A stretch of 64,000 bases of DNA from a virus (IMGVR_UViG_3300028832_000096); one strand, 5' to 3'; shown: positions 49,201 to 60,465, counted from the stretch's first letter. The notes: generated from the sequence alone by a model not told the origin. A program made the numbers and translations.

Positions 49201-52200
49201 AAACAGTTATTACATATAAGTGTAGTAAATGTGGTAGCAAAAACGCTGCTTGGTTGATGAATGTTTGTATGCATCCAATTCAATGTGGCATCTGCAATAA
49301 TAAAGAATGGATTACATCAGAACAGATTATTGATGAAAGATATAACAAACACTGCGCGGATATGAGAGGTGATACAGAATGAGTGGTGGAAGTTTTGATT
49401 ATTTGTATTGTAAAGAGCCTGGAGAGCTGTTTGAACAAGTTGAATATATCGAAGATATGAGCGAAATTGCTTTGCGATTTGGTTATGAAGATATAGCACT
49501 TGATTTAACTCGGCTTGCTGAATACATCAAGTCAGCGAAAAACAGAATAACAGTCCTACAAGAACAATTAAAAGAGGTTATGCATTCAATCGAATGGTAT
49601 GACAGTCACGATATTGGAGAAGATACACTCAAAAAGAGGTTTGAAGAATACAGAAGTGGGGCGGACCTGCGAGGTGATACGAAATGAACAACGATTTAAT
49701 TAGTCGTAATTCTGTTATTGAATTATTAAAGAAATGGTCAGATGGATATTCTTATATTGAATTACCAACCGAAGATGCAATTAAACAAATGTCCGCATTA
49801 CCTGCAGTAGAACCTGAAATCGCAGACAGTTTTTATATAATCACACATACAGGGCAAAGAGTTGAATTTGAAATGAAACGGCCAAAAGGCAAGTGGAAAG
49901 TTTATGGGAAGCAAGGTAACATTCCAATTACTGATATGTGTTCAAATTGCCGATATGAAATGAAATGGTATAAGAACAAACATAACTTCTGCCCTAACTG
50001 CGGCGCAGATATGCGAGGTGATACAGAATGAGTAAGTGCAATAATTGTATTCATAGATACGTTTGCGAATTAAAGTGTGCATACGAAGATAATGATAGGG
50101 AGTGTCTTGATTTTGATGAAGAAAGACCGCAAGGCGAGTGGTTGCACAACGGAATAAATGTTGAGGGTATGGACTTATACCGTTGCTCTATCTGTAATCG
50201 CAGTATTGTAACTTGGAGTTCAAGAATTGACGAATATCCTTATTGTCATTGTGGAGCAGATATGCAGAAAGGCGGTGTGGAATGAGTGAAATTCGTTGGA
50301 CAGACAAGGTGTATCTTGATAGTCAAGGCAACATAAGAAGTTCTGATGGTTGTCCTACTGACCAAATGACACAAGAACTGATTAACAAAGTTATGACTAA
50401 CATTGGTTGTGCAAAACCTATTGAGGGAGACGGTGCGGAATGAACAACGACTTAATTAGCCGTACTGCTTTGAAAAAAGAATTGTCAAAACGATTATGGT
50501 TTGTCAGTAGTCCAGAAACGGATGCACAAGCGATTAAGGACATTATCGACAATGCACCGACAGTTTCAGACAGATATGACGAAGGGTATGCACAAGGCTA
50601 TGTTGACGGAAATACCGGAGCAGATTGGAGAGGTGATACGGAATGAAACCAAAATGGTTATACAGGTTAGAGGCGGTAAATCCTGAAAATGGTCTTTGGT
50701 ATAATTCAAATGGTCAATTAGTTTGGGATATAGGTAAACTTGAAAACTGTACTACAAAAGATTTACCTATGGACTATGATGAGAGGTATCATAAGGACGG
50801 TAGATTTTGGTACTCATCTTGCAGTAGAAAAGAGGATTTAAGCCATTGGTATTCTTTGCAAGACGCTCTTGATTTAATTGCTAACGGATTTGTATTTACT
50901 CGTTATCTTGCAACCGAATATGTTGAGTACGATATGGAAACAACATTTATTAAGGAAACATCACTCGCAAGAGAAATCCTTAATATCAGTGATATTTGGG
51001 AAGATGGTGACGCTGAATGAGAATAGTAAATCAAACACACTATTATGACATCATAATAAATGGACAAACAGTAACTCCCTCGCAGGAATACACTACGGGT
51101 GAGATGATGTTTAACTCCCAAGCAATATTTTCTGATGTAGGTTCAGTAGAAATCATTACTGAATATGGCAAAAGGACATTCAGGAATTATGGAAATCTTA
51201 AGGCCTATGAAGATAAAATTCTTAAAGATGCAAATGGTATGCCTCAGATTATGGTAGTACATACTATGCCTCAGAATCTATACAAAGGAGAATAAAGAGA
51301 GGTGCGGAATGAAACTGATAATTGATATTCCCGAAGAACAATATAATTTCATCAAACTGTCTGATAAATCTGTTTTTGCAGATGCATCAAGTAAGGAATG
51401 TATGCTTAACTCGATTAAAAACGGCATACCGCTACCAAAGGGACACGGCAGACTTCTTGATGAAAATTATGTTATTGCAGAATTAGTCTATCGAAAGAAC
51501 TTGTTAGCAGACAATGTAAAGTGTGGTCAAGTCACAGAGATTTTCAACAATGCAGTTGTAATTGATGCAGATATGGAGAGTAACAATGAAACTAATAATT
51601 GATATTGACGAGAAAGAATATAGAACTATTCTTGCTAATGCAGAATTGTATAAAGCCACGAATTGGGGCAGTGTTAATGTATGGGACGCAATCTTAAATG
51701 CTACACCAATTTCAACAGACGGCGATTTAATTAGTCGCAGTGCTTTGAAAGAGGAAGTAAATAAGAAACGAGTTGTTGGAAGATTTAACACATTAGTGCT
51801 TATCGACAATGCGCCCTCAATAGAACCAGAAAATCGAAAGGTAGTGCGGAATGACTGATAAAGAAATTAAAGCATTGCAGCAATTTGTAGAAACTTCAAG
51901 TGCAACTGTCACAATACTGACATCCCTAATAGAGGACCTTGCACCTATTATAGGATATGACGAAGCAAATCGTTTGATGAAGATTTATATCGATGCACAA
52001 GCGAAATATGAGTGATGTAAAATGACACAGGATGAATTTGCTAAAGAAATTGGTTATAATGGTTGTCGCAATTGTGTACACCAAATATCACCTTTGAGGA
52101 TGTGCGAATGGGCAGAGCACGGTGGAGATGGCAAAATTCACTTAATATGCCCATATTGGATTAAACGAGGTAATGAAAATGAAATGTGATAAATGTTTAA

Positions 52201-52521
52201 ATTCCAGACCGATAATGTCTGAGAATGGTCTGCATAGAGTATGCGGACTCTCTAATGAAAAAGAAGCGGTGGACTGTCTCATAGGCAAAGTTGACCACAG
52301 CGTTATCTTATTCAAAGACGAAAACAAAAATGACTGAAAGAGAAGAATATTTAACAAAGTGCCTGCAGGACATATTTGAATACTGTAAGGAACACAGTCC
52401 TTACTGCGACGGTTGCATATTCTATCGACAAGTACAGATAGGTAAATCAGTACTGGGCCAATGTAGAGTACTTGATTGTCCTGAAGTATTTGGAGAAGCC
52501 AAAGAAAAACCTCCGACTTAA
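46267..52521 (+). other. inverted island of ~25 small genes of the same cassette family as 20658-31965
   Basis: MNNDLISR (49684, 50440), MKLIIDI (51309, 51586), CPNCGADM, same GAGGTGATAC..AATGA junctions. Confidence 0.8.
47179..47895 (+). CDS. hypothetical phage protein
   Basis: MRIIDKLQDYYD...KIVNHGFDKKTSFR. Confidence 0.7.
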   Translation: MRIIDKLQDYYDYLQDYDDNLVFDRRGSYLVTKQDICDDIGRVPYNEGFTFYLINCGATYWLLYAIKTKTDGKGALAKVLDYKLGVVATWKNYDNEFGLLKFEQIRINSIWEYSCTTYDYKIHCRFLEEDKLAAKSDDLKNAIIHKDYVSMHRYDIQTKWIRGNKGNIKETEITYPILKACGISNLIEPDVMYHAIDEYFSLMKQASETTVAEGTTNEDKIVNHGFDKKTSFRGNNKK

Positions 52522-52535
52522 TTAATCGGAGGTTT
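52507..52535. terminator. bidirectional terminator at convergence of island and late genes
   Basis: AAACCTCCGA/TCGGAGGTTT. Confidence 0.75.
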
Positions 52536-52560
52536 AAAATTGCTATTGTAAAGATAAGAA

Positions 52561-53226
52561 TTAAGGATTCTGAGAAAATTTAAAATTATCTAAATCAGCA
52601 ATAAGTGCATCTACATCTGAATTGGATTTGCTGCTAGAATTGAATTTCTCAAGAATACTTCTGTATTCCACCATCTTATTCTCAACATTTTCTGCTTCGC
52701 TGATAGCGTAGCGAACATATCTAACTAACTCATCACGGGATTTCTTATTACCGATAGCTAAATATCTTTCAGCTGCTTCAGCTAATCTCTCACCGGATGC
52801 GGTCCAGTTACTAAACTTTATAGAATTATAAGTTTTATTAGGGTCACGACCTTCAGCTCCGTATACATCGCTGCAAGCATCAACATCGAAATCTCCAGAA
52901 GAAGCTTGTTCCTCAAGCGCATCCCAGATTTCATCGCTTATAAGGTCGACTGCTTTAAGGCCTTTCTTAATTTTATAGCCGTAATCTTTTACCTCACTAT
53001 CAATGTGTTTAGTGAGATAATTTTTGCAAGCTTTTGCAAACTTTTCAGGAGTATTGTATTTCCAGTCATAATCTGCATCATTAACTTGTTCGATAACTCC
53101 CGTGATTAAATCAGCTTCATCTATGAAATCTGTCATATCTTCGACAGAGGATATAATTCCCTTTTCATCAAAATCCTTAGAAGCTTTTAAGTAACTGCTG
53201 GGATACTTTCTGTTTGTCCTCTTCAT
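52561..53226 (-). CDS. leader-bearing putative internal virion protein
   Basis: MKRTNRKYPSSYLKAS (start re-set, GGAGG RBS). Confidence 0.65.
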   Translation of the reverse strand: MKRTNRKYPSSYLKASKDFDEKGIISSVEDMTDFIDEADLITGVIEQVNDADYDWKYNTPEKFAKACKNYLTKHIDSEVKDYGYKIKKGLKAVDLISDEIWDALEEQASSGDFDVDACSDVYGAEGRDPNKTYNSIKFSNWTASGERLAEAAERYLAIGNKKSRDELVRYVRYAISEAENVENKMVEYRSILEKFNSSSKSNSDVDALIADLDNFKFSQNP

Positions 53227-53262
53227 TTGATTATTTCCTCCATATAAAAATTTCACTTATTT

Positions 53263-53655
53263 TCAACTGTGCATTAAATATAACCTAGCATCTTCGTCAT
53301 GGTCATATGCATCTTTTTCTTCAGCAGAAAACATTTCATTGACGCAAATTTCTCTTGCTGCATCTTCTGAATATGCTTCAACTTCAAAAGTATGATTAAT
53401 TGACCTATTAGGGCATTGAAGCAGAAATTCAAATTTAGTTAATGACTCTTTTACATATATGCCTAGTGTAGATTCATCTATTATAGATATTTCAGTTACT
53501 TTCAAATTAAGTATAGATGGAGATATATTTCCTGTAGAACCTGAATATAATATATCTCCAGAATTGTTAGAAACAATAATATTTACTGAACCTCGATTAG
53601 ATAATAAGGATAATAAATACTGTATAGTTATGTTCATAGAATATGCTCCTATCAA
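53263..53655 (-). CDS. hypothetical protein
   Basis: Motif-B promoter at 53679. Confidence 0.55.
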   Translation of the reverse strand: MIGAYSMNITIQYLLSLLSNRGSVNIIVSNNSGDILYSGSTGNISPSILNLKVTEISIIDESTLGIYVKESLTKFEFLLQCPNRSINHTFEVEAYSEDAAREICVNEMFSAEEKDAYDHDEDARLYLMHS

Positions 53656-53807
53656 TGAGTTAAATTACACAATCATAAAAGGTTATAACTATATCTATTT
53701 ACAATAGATGGTTATTTACGGATTATCTGAAGTAAAATCTATGTATTTTATAAGGATTTTAAACTCGCCTTCATATATTTTCATAGTGAGTTCTCCTTAT
53801 CTATTAA

Positions 53808-54179
53808 CTATCTGTAACGCTCTTCGGAGTTTAAACGCATCTGCTTTTTAGCCTCTTCAGCAGAAAGTGATGATATGTAATTATATAACTTCTTAAATTC
53901 TTCCGGAGTATATTTTTGATACTGTACATGGTATGTTTCGTATCCATACTTAGTCTTTGATTCTTCATCCGGCAGTAATAAAGTTACATTCAGATAATAA
54001 TGTATTTCTCCCGTTTTTGCATCTACGAGAATTTTTCCAGTATTCAACTCGATGATTATCCCATTATCAAGAGTTATCCTATCACCTGAATTAAATTTCT
54101 TAAATTGATTTGCTTTAGGTGCCGAACCATCTTTGTTAAATGATTTAAGCTCACTGCTTGCGTTTACATATATCTTCAT
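53808..54179 (-). CDS. leader-bearing protein
   Basis: MKIYVNASS. Confidence 0.65.
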   Translation of the reverse strand: MKIYVNASSELKSFNKDGSAPKANQFKKFNSGDRITLDNGIIIELNTGKILVDAKTGEIHYYLNVTLLLPDEESKTKYGYETYHVQYQKYTPEEFKKLYNYISSLSAEEAKKQMRLNSEERYR

Positions 54180-54197
54180 GCTTTTATCCTCGTAGTA

Positions 54198-54692
54198 TCA
54201 ATATTGATTAAGCTGTTCTAACACTATTTTAACAATAGCATCAACCTCTTTATTAGTTAATTCACATATACCAGAATTGCATAATGCAGTATAAGTCATC
54301 TCCTGCATTTCTTCATCAGTATAATTATTGTTTAAAAAATCTGAAACTAAGGGAGATATAACATTTTTAAATATATAAGATAATGTTTTTGTGATACAGA
54401 AGTCGGAAGATAACATATATGAAAGAATAGCATCTTGCGCAGCTGTTTTTCTATCAAATTTTCTATAAACTTCAGGACTAGCAATTACTATAGTATCGGG
54501 ATTAAAGTCACAGGGAAATACAGTGTTAGGATATAAAAATCCTTTAACGTCGTCAGAACCTCTCCACTGAATGAACCCGCGTCTAATTGCCGATAAGATA
54601 TTATAATCACCAGATAACTGAGGAAAATACCTCTTCAAACAATTAGTTAACAATGTATCACTATTAGTTGTAGCTTTTACATAAATCTTCAT
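54198..54692 (-). CDS. leader-bearing protein
   Basis: MKIYVKAT. Confidence 0.65.
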   Translation of the reverse strand: MKIYVKATTNSDTLLTNCLKRYFPQLSGDYNILSAIRRGFIQWRGSDDVKGFLYPNTVFPCDFNPDTIVIASPEVYRKFDRKTAAQDAILSYMLSSDFCITKTLSYIFKNVISPLVSDFLNNNYTDEEMQEMTYTALCNSGICELTNKEVDAIVKIVLEQLNQY

Positions 54693-54952
54693 AAATCATA
54701 TTCCCCTTTATTTAACTGCTTCTTCAAGAATTCAATAGCTTTTTCAGGACTATTGAATACCTCATCAATACCCTTCTTATCATTATATACAGTAGTCTTC
54801 TTACCAAAATCTCCGCTATAACTGCCGGATTTTCTATCGTATAAACGACCAATTTCAATAAGATAGTCGCCTACTTGCATAGAACCGCCGTTAGCCTTAA
54901 TAGCTGCTTCGGTTATCATTATATCTTTGGAAGATTTTACATATATCTTCAT
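54689..54952 (-). CDS. leader-bearing protein
   Basis: MKIYVKSS. Confidence 0.65.
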   Translation of the reverse strand: MKIYVKSSKDIMITEAAIKANGGSMQVGDYLIEIGRLYDRKSGSYSGDFGKKTTVYNDKKGIDEVFNSPEKAIEFLKKQLNKGEYDL

Positions 54953-55100
54953 ATCTCAAAAACCTCACAACTATTTACCTGCCAACAACCCATATCTTCA
55001 AGGTCTTGTTCTACTTGATAGCGGATTGTTCCTCGGTTGCTTCTTCATCATCAAAAATTGCTTCAATTTCAATAAGCAATGTTGCTTTTACTTTTTTCAT
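54949..55100 (-). pseudogene. small gene with apparent 1-nt frameshift
   Basis: MKKVKATLLIEIEAIFDDEEATEE then shifted frame TIRYQVEQDLEDMG...EI* ending in an ATGA overlap with the next gene. Confidence 0.45.
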
Positions 55101-55291
55101 GGCAATTTACCTCACACTACAATAAAAGGTTATGTACATCATAACGATTATCAATTACAAGTCCACTGCCAGGTTATCGTACCTGAATCAAATACTGATA
55201 CAAAGCCATGAGATTCCATTAGAGGTCAATTATATTTTGCTACAATGTTTAGATAATTAATCGACGTATTAATTCATTATAATCAAAATAA

Positions 55292-55319
55292 AAAAGAGCC
55301 CGATTGCTCGAGCTCTTTT
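55292..55319 (-). terminator. intrinsic terminator after capsid gene
   Basis: AAAAGAGCTCGA-GCAA-TCGGGCTCTTTTTT. Confidence 0.75.
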
Positions 55320-55398
55320 GAAATTTTGAAGTGAAATCGAATTTTATTGAAAGCGACGAAACTGGTCAGGTTACGCCGCTGTTTGTTCTGAAGGATTA

Positions 55399-56844
55399 TC
55401 AGAAAGCGCCAAGAACCTTACCAGAAACGATGGTATTCGGGTTGACGATTTTGGTTGCATACATTGTTGCAAAACCGGACTGTACAGAAGCGTTAGCAAG
55501 ACCGATATCGTCTGTCTTAATCATCGGCATATACTCACCGTAGAGAGCTGAGTTACGACGAATGTCGTTGGACTTGCAGCACATAACCCAAGTATTGACA
55601 TCGTAATAAGGGTCAACGTAGATTGTGTACTGGTCAAGTGTACCAAGCTTGTAAGGACCAACGGGCTCTTCGTTAGAAGCTGCAACGAAACCAGGAAGTC
55701 TGGAGATGAGAGAAGCAACCTTTGTACCACAGATGATTCTGTTAGGTCTAGCGAGGTTTGTTGCCTGGAAGACTGCATTAGCTGCATCATCAAGCTTGAA
55801 CTTGAAGAGGTTAAGGAAGTCAGAAGGCATTACAGCGCCGTTGAATGCAAGAGATGCATCCCAGTTGTACTGAGGAGCATATGTTGCAGCAGCTGCGAGC
55901 TGGTTGAAGCAATAGCTGTTGATTTCAGCTGTGAGCTCTGAGAAAGCAGCTTCCTTAGAAATCTCACCGATGTTTGCACCGTACTCCTGCTGAGCAGCGA
56001 ATGCAGAATAGATGGACCAATAAGAAGCGATTTCGTGTGCCTCAGCGATGAGGTTGATTTCGTCGAGCTGGAGGTAGCCCTTTGCCATCTTAGCACCGTA
56101 GTTACCATTCTGGTCAGGACCTACTGTCTCGTTGTCATACTCATAAGAAGCAGAAAGTGTTCCTGTGAGTGTGCCGATTGTACCAAGTGCGTAATCGATT
56201 GTGCCTGCTTCAGAAGAATTAGACTTCTTAATGAGCTTACCAGCACCATCATCGATATAGGTATCAGTACCATCGGAGATAGAAACTGAACCAGGGAGAA
56301 TAGGAGTATAAGCAAGTGTGCTGTTAGCAACTGCTTCGTTCCTGATTACACGACCTGTGAAGTTCGGGTCCATACCCTGACGGTTAACAAATGCAGAAGA
56401 AAGGACTGTGCCCTTAGCTGTCTCACCCTTTGTATTCTCAGCGATGAACTTGAAATAAGGGATAATCTGCTGACGAGACTTCATTGCAACAGAACCGAAA
56501 ACGTCGAGAACGAGGAGCTTCTGAACGAACATCGGGAGGAGCTCTACGAAATCGGGCTTAGCGATGATGTTGGATGTGTTTGTAGCACCCATGATAGCAG
56601 ACTGTCTACGTGTGTTGCTAACAAGCTGATTAGCGAAGATACGCTGCTCAGGTGTGAGCTGAACGGAAGCTGCTACTCTAGACATAGGACGAGCCATTCT
56701 AGAACGAGCGCCAGCGGTGATAGAAGTACCAGCATTGATGCTACGAGGAGCAGAATAGCCGATTCTAGCGGGTCTATCCATCCTCTGAGAAGCGGTAATG
56801 CTACGAGAAGGAGTAACTCTACGAGTTGTCTTTTTAATAGCCAT
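55399..56844 (-). CDS. major capsid protein (T4 gp23-like) with basic propeptide
   Basis: LLVLDVFGSVAM, IASYWSIYSAFAAQQEYG, ELTAEIN, GTLDQYTIYVDPY, YGEYMPM, SGFATMYA; directly follows the prohead protease. Confidence 0.88.
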   Translation of the reverse strand: MAIKKTTRRVTPSRSITASQRMDRPARIGYSAPRSINAGTSITAGARSRMARPMSRVAASVQLTPEQRIFANQLVSNTRRQSAIMGATNTSNIIAKPDFVELLPMFVQKLLVLDVFGSVAMKSRQQIIPYFKFIAENTKGETAKGTVLSSAFVNRQGMDPNFTGRVIRNEAVANSTLAYTPILPGSVSISDGTDTYIDDGAGKLIKKSNSSEAGTIDYALGTIGTLTGTLSASYEYDNETVGPDQNGNYGAKMAKGYLQLDEINLIAEAHEIASYWSIYSAFAAQQEYGANIGEISKEAAFSELTAEINSYCFNQLAAAATYAPQYNWDASLAFNGAVMPSDFLNLFKFKLDDAANAVFQATNLARPNRIICGTKVASLISRLPGFVAASNEEPVGPYKLGTLDQYTIYVDPYYDVNTWVMCCKSNDIRRNSALYGEYMPMIKTDDIGLANASVQSGFATMYATKIVNPNTIVSGKVLGAF

Positions 56845-56883
56845 AATTTTCTCCTAGTGTTTAATGACTTTAATATAGTGAAG

Positions 56884-58377
56884 TTAAAGTACTGCTAAAT
56901 CTCCACTATCGCCGTCTTCAGTTGCCACATCGACAGGAAATACATCTTCATCATCAAATGAAGGATTAACTCCGATGTTTCCGCTGTTTGTTGCGCCTTG
57001 GATTAAGTTTTCCAAATCGCTGACGGTAGTAGATGCAGTTACTGATAAACCAGATGCTCGAATTCCGATAGCATTTGCATAAATGTTAGCATAAGCTTGC
57101 TGATATTCATGCAACATATCTTCCATTGCGAGGATTCGCTTTTCAAGAGAACTAATCTCTTTCTTGGAAGAAGACATTTCAGCTTTGAGTTCGTTGATTT
57201 GCTCACCACGGTTTGATGCTTCTTTAGTTGCGTTGGTAGATGCTACAACAGTCTTGTTTAATCTAGAACGTAACTCTGCAATCTCTGTATCTCTTGCTTC
57301 TATGTCTGCCGAGGAACTCTCGACCTTCTGTTTATAAATAAGGTTATTTTTACGAGCAGAATTTAATTCTTGCATAATTTCAGAATTTCTTGTTTCTGCT
57401 TCGGCTAACTTAGCAGTGAGCTGCTTATTTGCAACTACTAAACTGCGCTGTTTTGTATTCAAATCTACTTTAGAGGCTACAACAGTCTCAATCTTAGATT
57501 GCATTAACTTATTCTGGCTTGCAGAAATCCTCTTAATGCTCTTAATCTGTTTGTCGTAATTAGCTTGTGTCGATGCTAAAGCAGCTTTGAGCTGTTTGTT
57601 CTCAGCAACCTGCTCCATGTACATCTCTGTAACAGCCTGAAGCTTCTTGCCCATAATCTCTTCTTTATCTTCATCGGAGCATTCAGGGCATGTATCGTCT
57701 TCAACACCGATATCTTGCTTTCTTGCTTCAAGCTTTTCATACTCTTTTGAATCAGGATTAAATTGCTTTTGCATTGCTTCGATAGCTTCTACTGTAGCAA
57801 CATTATTGATATTCTTCTCAATTGCAGCACAAACTCTCTTATATTTAACCTGGTCGTCAAGATTCTTGGAAGCAGCAATCTGCTGGAACTCAGGAACTGC
57901 GTCACCATAAGCAGGGAACGCAACTAAATCGAAACCTCTGAATACAAATGTATCAGGGTCTACATTACCTTCAGCATCTACGTCACCGGCACCTCTGATG
58001 GAGATTCCCCACTCAACACCTGCGTCCATAAATGCTTTGACAATTCTACCAACAGGAGTATCGATTAAGTCGAATGTGCCCCATACCTCATCGTCATCAT
58101 GAAGTTCCATATCAGTCATTACAATACAAGCGTCCTGGAACGTCTGTGCTCCAGGGTCTTCAGGATGTCCAAGGTAGCCGATGTAATATCTATGTTCCAT
58201 CGCATCTCTATATTCATCGGAAGCAAGCAACTTCTCAAACAACTCTCTGTTAAGCTTCATTGAATTGTTGTTGAATACTGCTGCATCACAGCACTTGCCT
58301 GTGAATGTTCCAAGAATAGAAGAAGACTTCTTAGGTTCTTCTACTACAGCTGCTGTTACTTTAGCTTTGTTAGCCAT
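56884..58377 (-). CDS. prohead protease (T4 gp21-like) fused to coiled-coil scaffold
   Basis: GYLGHP, LIDTPVGRIV, GISIRGAG, FDLVAFPA; ~250 aa coiled coil. Confidence 0.88.
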   Translation of the reverse strand: MANKAKVTAAVVEEPKKSSSILGTFTGKCCDAAVFNNNSMKLNRELFEKLLASDEYRDAMEHRYYIGYLGHPEDPGAQTFQDACIVMTDMELHDDDEVWGTFDLIDTPVGRIVKAFMDAGVEWGISIRGAGDVDAEGNVDPDTFVFRGFDLVAFPAYGDAVPEFQQIAASKNLDDQVKYKRVCAAIEKNINNVATVEAIEAMQKQFNPDSKEYEKLEARKQDIGVEDDTCPECSDEDKEEIMGKKLQAVTEMYMEQVAENKQLKAALASTQANYDKQIKSIKRISASQNKLMQSKIETVVASKVDLNTKQRSLVVANKQLTAKLAEAETRNSEIMQELNSARKNNLIYKQKVESSSADIEARDTEIAELRSRLNKTVVASTNATKEASNRGEQINELKAEMSSSKKEISSLEKRILAMEDMLHEYQQAYANIYANAIGIRASGLSVTASTTVSDLENLIQGATNSGNIGVNPSFDDEDVFPVDVATEDGDSGDLAVL

Positions 58378-58396
58378 TTATATCGCCTCCAAATTA

Positions 58397-58765
58397 TTAC
58401 TTCAAATCTCCACCAAGTAATTTACCTGTAAGTCTTACTAAGCCGCCAACTGCGAGAGTCTTAAGTGCTTCTTTAAGAAGACCACCTTCAACAACCTCAC
58501 CTTCGTCGACTTCTGTATATTCAATATCGTCAATTTCTTCAAAAGTAGTTTCATTAATATCTGCTACTTCGTCAACTACCTCAGGCTCAACTTCAATCTC
58601 TTCTGCATCAGCCTTGTTAATAGAATAAGAAGAATCTCCGATATTTACTGTGATTGTAGAACCGTCTTCATTTACGACAATGTCTTTATCAGCAAGTTCG
58701 TCAATCTGACGAAGGAAATCTAATAATGAAGCTGTTGTAAATAAAATTTCATTATCCATAATCAA
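58397..58765 (-). CDS. acidic head-associated hypothetical protein
   Basis: E/D-rich, adjacent to the protease. Confidence 0.6.
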   Translation of the reverse strand: MIMDNEILFTTASLLDFLRQIDELADKDIVVNEDGSTITVNIGDSSYSINKADAEEIEVEPEVVDEVADINETTFEEIDDIEYTEVDEGEVVEGGLLKEALKTLAVGGLVRLTGKLLGGDLK

Positions 58766-59571
58766 AACTCCCCATCGTCACCGTAATTAGGGTAGACGCT
58801 ACCGTCCCTAAGTTTATTGTATTCATCTAAAGTAATTTCATCTTCAGAAAGAATAAAAGCTAGTGCTTGACCATAAGCATCCTGTCCGTCAAAATCATAG
58901 CTACCTATAAATCTCTTATTCTTATACAGCATTATCTCGCAAAGAGTATCGCTAATTCTTTCTACAGAATATGCGCAATCTCCAATCTGATAATATGAAT
59001 AATTCTCTAAACTGCCTGCTACAATTTTTCTACCATTTGTTTTTGTAGAAGCATCAAGGAAGAAGTCCTCAAGGTCTTGCTGACTAGGATTCATTCCGCC
59101 CGAAGTCTTAGGGGTAACAGGTGATACCTCTGCAGGTACTTCAGGTGCTACCTCTTCAGGTTCTGTCTTACCATAATTGTAAGTGCCCTTTCTACGCTTA
59201 AGATAATCGTAGCATTCATAAACATCAGATACTGTAATATCACGAACTATATGACCACCCATGTAGTCAACTTCGTCCTGATTATCTCTCTTCCAAACGT
59301 CTTTGCCCTTGCCCCAATCTTCAGCCCAAATCTTGACAACTTGCTTTGCTTTATCAGCAAACCAATTTCTAACCCATTCTTCAGACTTGCCATTGAAACC
59401 ACTTCTCCAAGAAGTATCGTCAACTTGTAATTCGTTGTTCTTGTTAACATCTGCGTAGCTCCAGTACTTACTCATACCGTTGCTATTTTCCCAGATACCA
59501 TCGGATAACTGACCAAGGACGCTATCAATAACTTCTGCTCGAACGTCATTGCCTAAAGGAATTGTAATCAT
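58762..59571 (-). CDS. hypothetical protein
   Basis: GQLSDGIWENS motif; P/E-rich linker. Confidence 0.65.
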   Translation of the reverse strand: MITIPLGNDVRAEVIDSVLGQLSDGIWENSNGMSKYWSYADVNKNNELQVDDTSWRSGFNGKSEEWVRNWFADKAKQVVKIWAEDWGKGKDVWKRDNQDEVDYMGGHIVRDITVSDVYECYDYLKRRKGTYNYGKTEPEEVAPEVPAEVSPVTPKTSGGMNPSQQDLEDFFLDASTKTNGRKIVAGSLENYSYYQIGDCAYSVERISDTLCEIMLYKNKRFIGSYDFDGQDAYGQALAFILSEDEITLDEYNKLRDGSVYPNYGDDGEF

Positions 59572-59619
59572 ATATAGTATCTCCTAATATAATAAATGTT
59601 ACCTATAAATAAGGTGTTA

Positions 59620-60465
59620 TTAGCTTCTATCAAAAATTTCAGGATGGTCTGCAAGCATTTTCTCTAAATCAATTATGTTGATTCCATCCATGTATTCGTC
59701 TAAATCAAAATTAGTTATGTCGTATACATCAACATAGTCCCAATCATATCCGCCCTTAGGTGTATGTGCAAAACCTTTAAATCTAGGATATTTATTGTAT
59801 CTGGATTCATAAACTAAGTATATAGTATCAACTGTTTCAGTAAATCCGTTACTAAATTCTACTTCGGTATCTGCCTGGATATAAGTATCTTCATCAATGT
59901 CTTCGTTGTTGTGAAATGCTTCAAGGACTTTATCACATCTACTACCTGTAGATGCTTCTATGTTTGTAGCACCTTCAACAGCTCCTCCACAACAATCTAT
60001 GTACTGCTTAGAGATGTCCTCAAGTAAAGTAGGAACGTATTTCTGAAGGTCACTCGGTCTCTTAATTTTCCTGAAATCTATTGTAGTGTATGATGTAGAT
60101 TCCATATCTCCTGCGATATCAAAATCAACTTCGAGTTTGTTTCCATCGATATAGCATCTTAAATTAACAATTTCATCAGGCTGTAAGTCAAATGTTTCAC
60201 GAATCTTTTCTTCTAACGGAATTTCAATAAACTCAATTTCGTCATCTCTTGTAAAGAACTGGTCATCATCGTATCCAAACATGCCCTCGTCAGCAGTTAT
60301 CTTTGTAGATGATTCAATGCCGTCAATCTTTCTGTAATTCTGTTGCCTTACTGCATTCTTTGCGAATTCAATAGCTTCCTCAATCTCTTCTTGCGGAATA
60401 CTAGATATCGTATCAGAATTCAAAAGTAAAACGTCTAAGATGCCAACTACTTTTTCAGGTGTCAT
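59620..60465 (-). CDS. acidic multi-segment protein with internal IESST/VEGAT/IEAST motifs
   Basis: Candidate protease sites separate the domains. Confidence 0.6.
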   Translation of the reverse strand: MTPEKVVGILDVLLLNSDTISSIPQEEIEEAIEFAKNAVRQQNYRKIDGIESSTKITADEGMFGYDDDQFFTRDDEIEFIEIPLEEKIRETFDLQPDEIVNLRCYIDGNKLEVDFDIAGDMESTSYTTIDFRKIKRPSDLQKYVPTLLEDISKQYIDCCGGAVEGATNIEASTGSRCDKVLEAFHNNEDIDEDTYIQADTEVEFSNGFTETVDTIYLVYESRYNKYPRFKGFAHTPKGGYDWDYVDVYDITNFDLDEYMDGINIIDLEKMLADHPEIFDRS

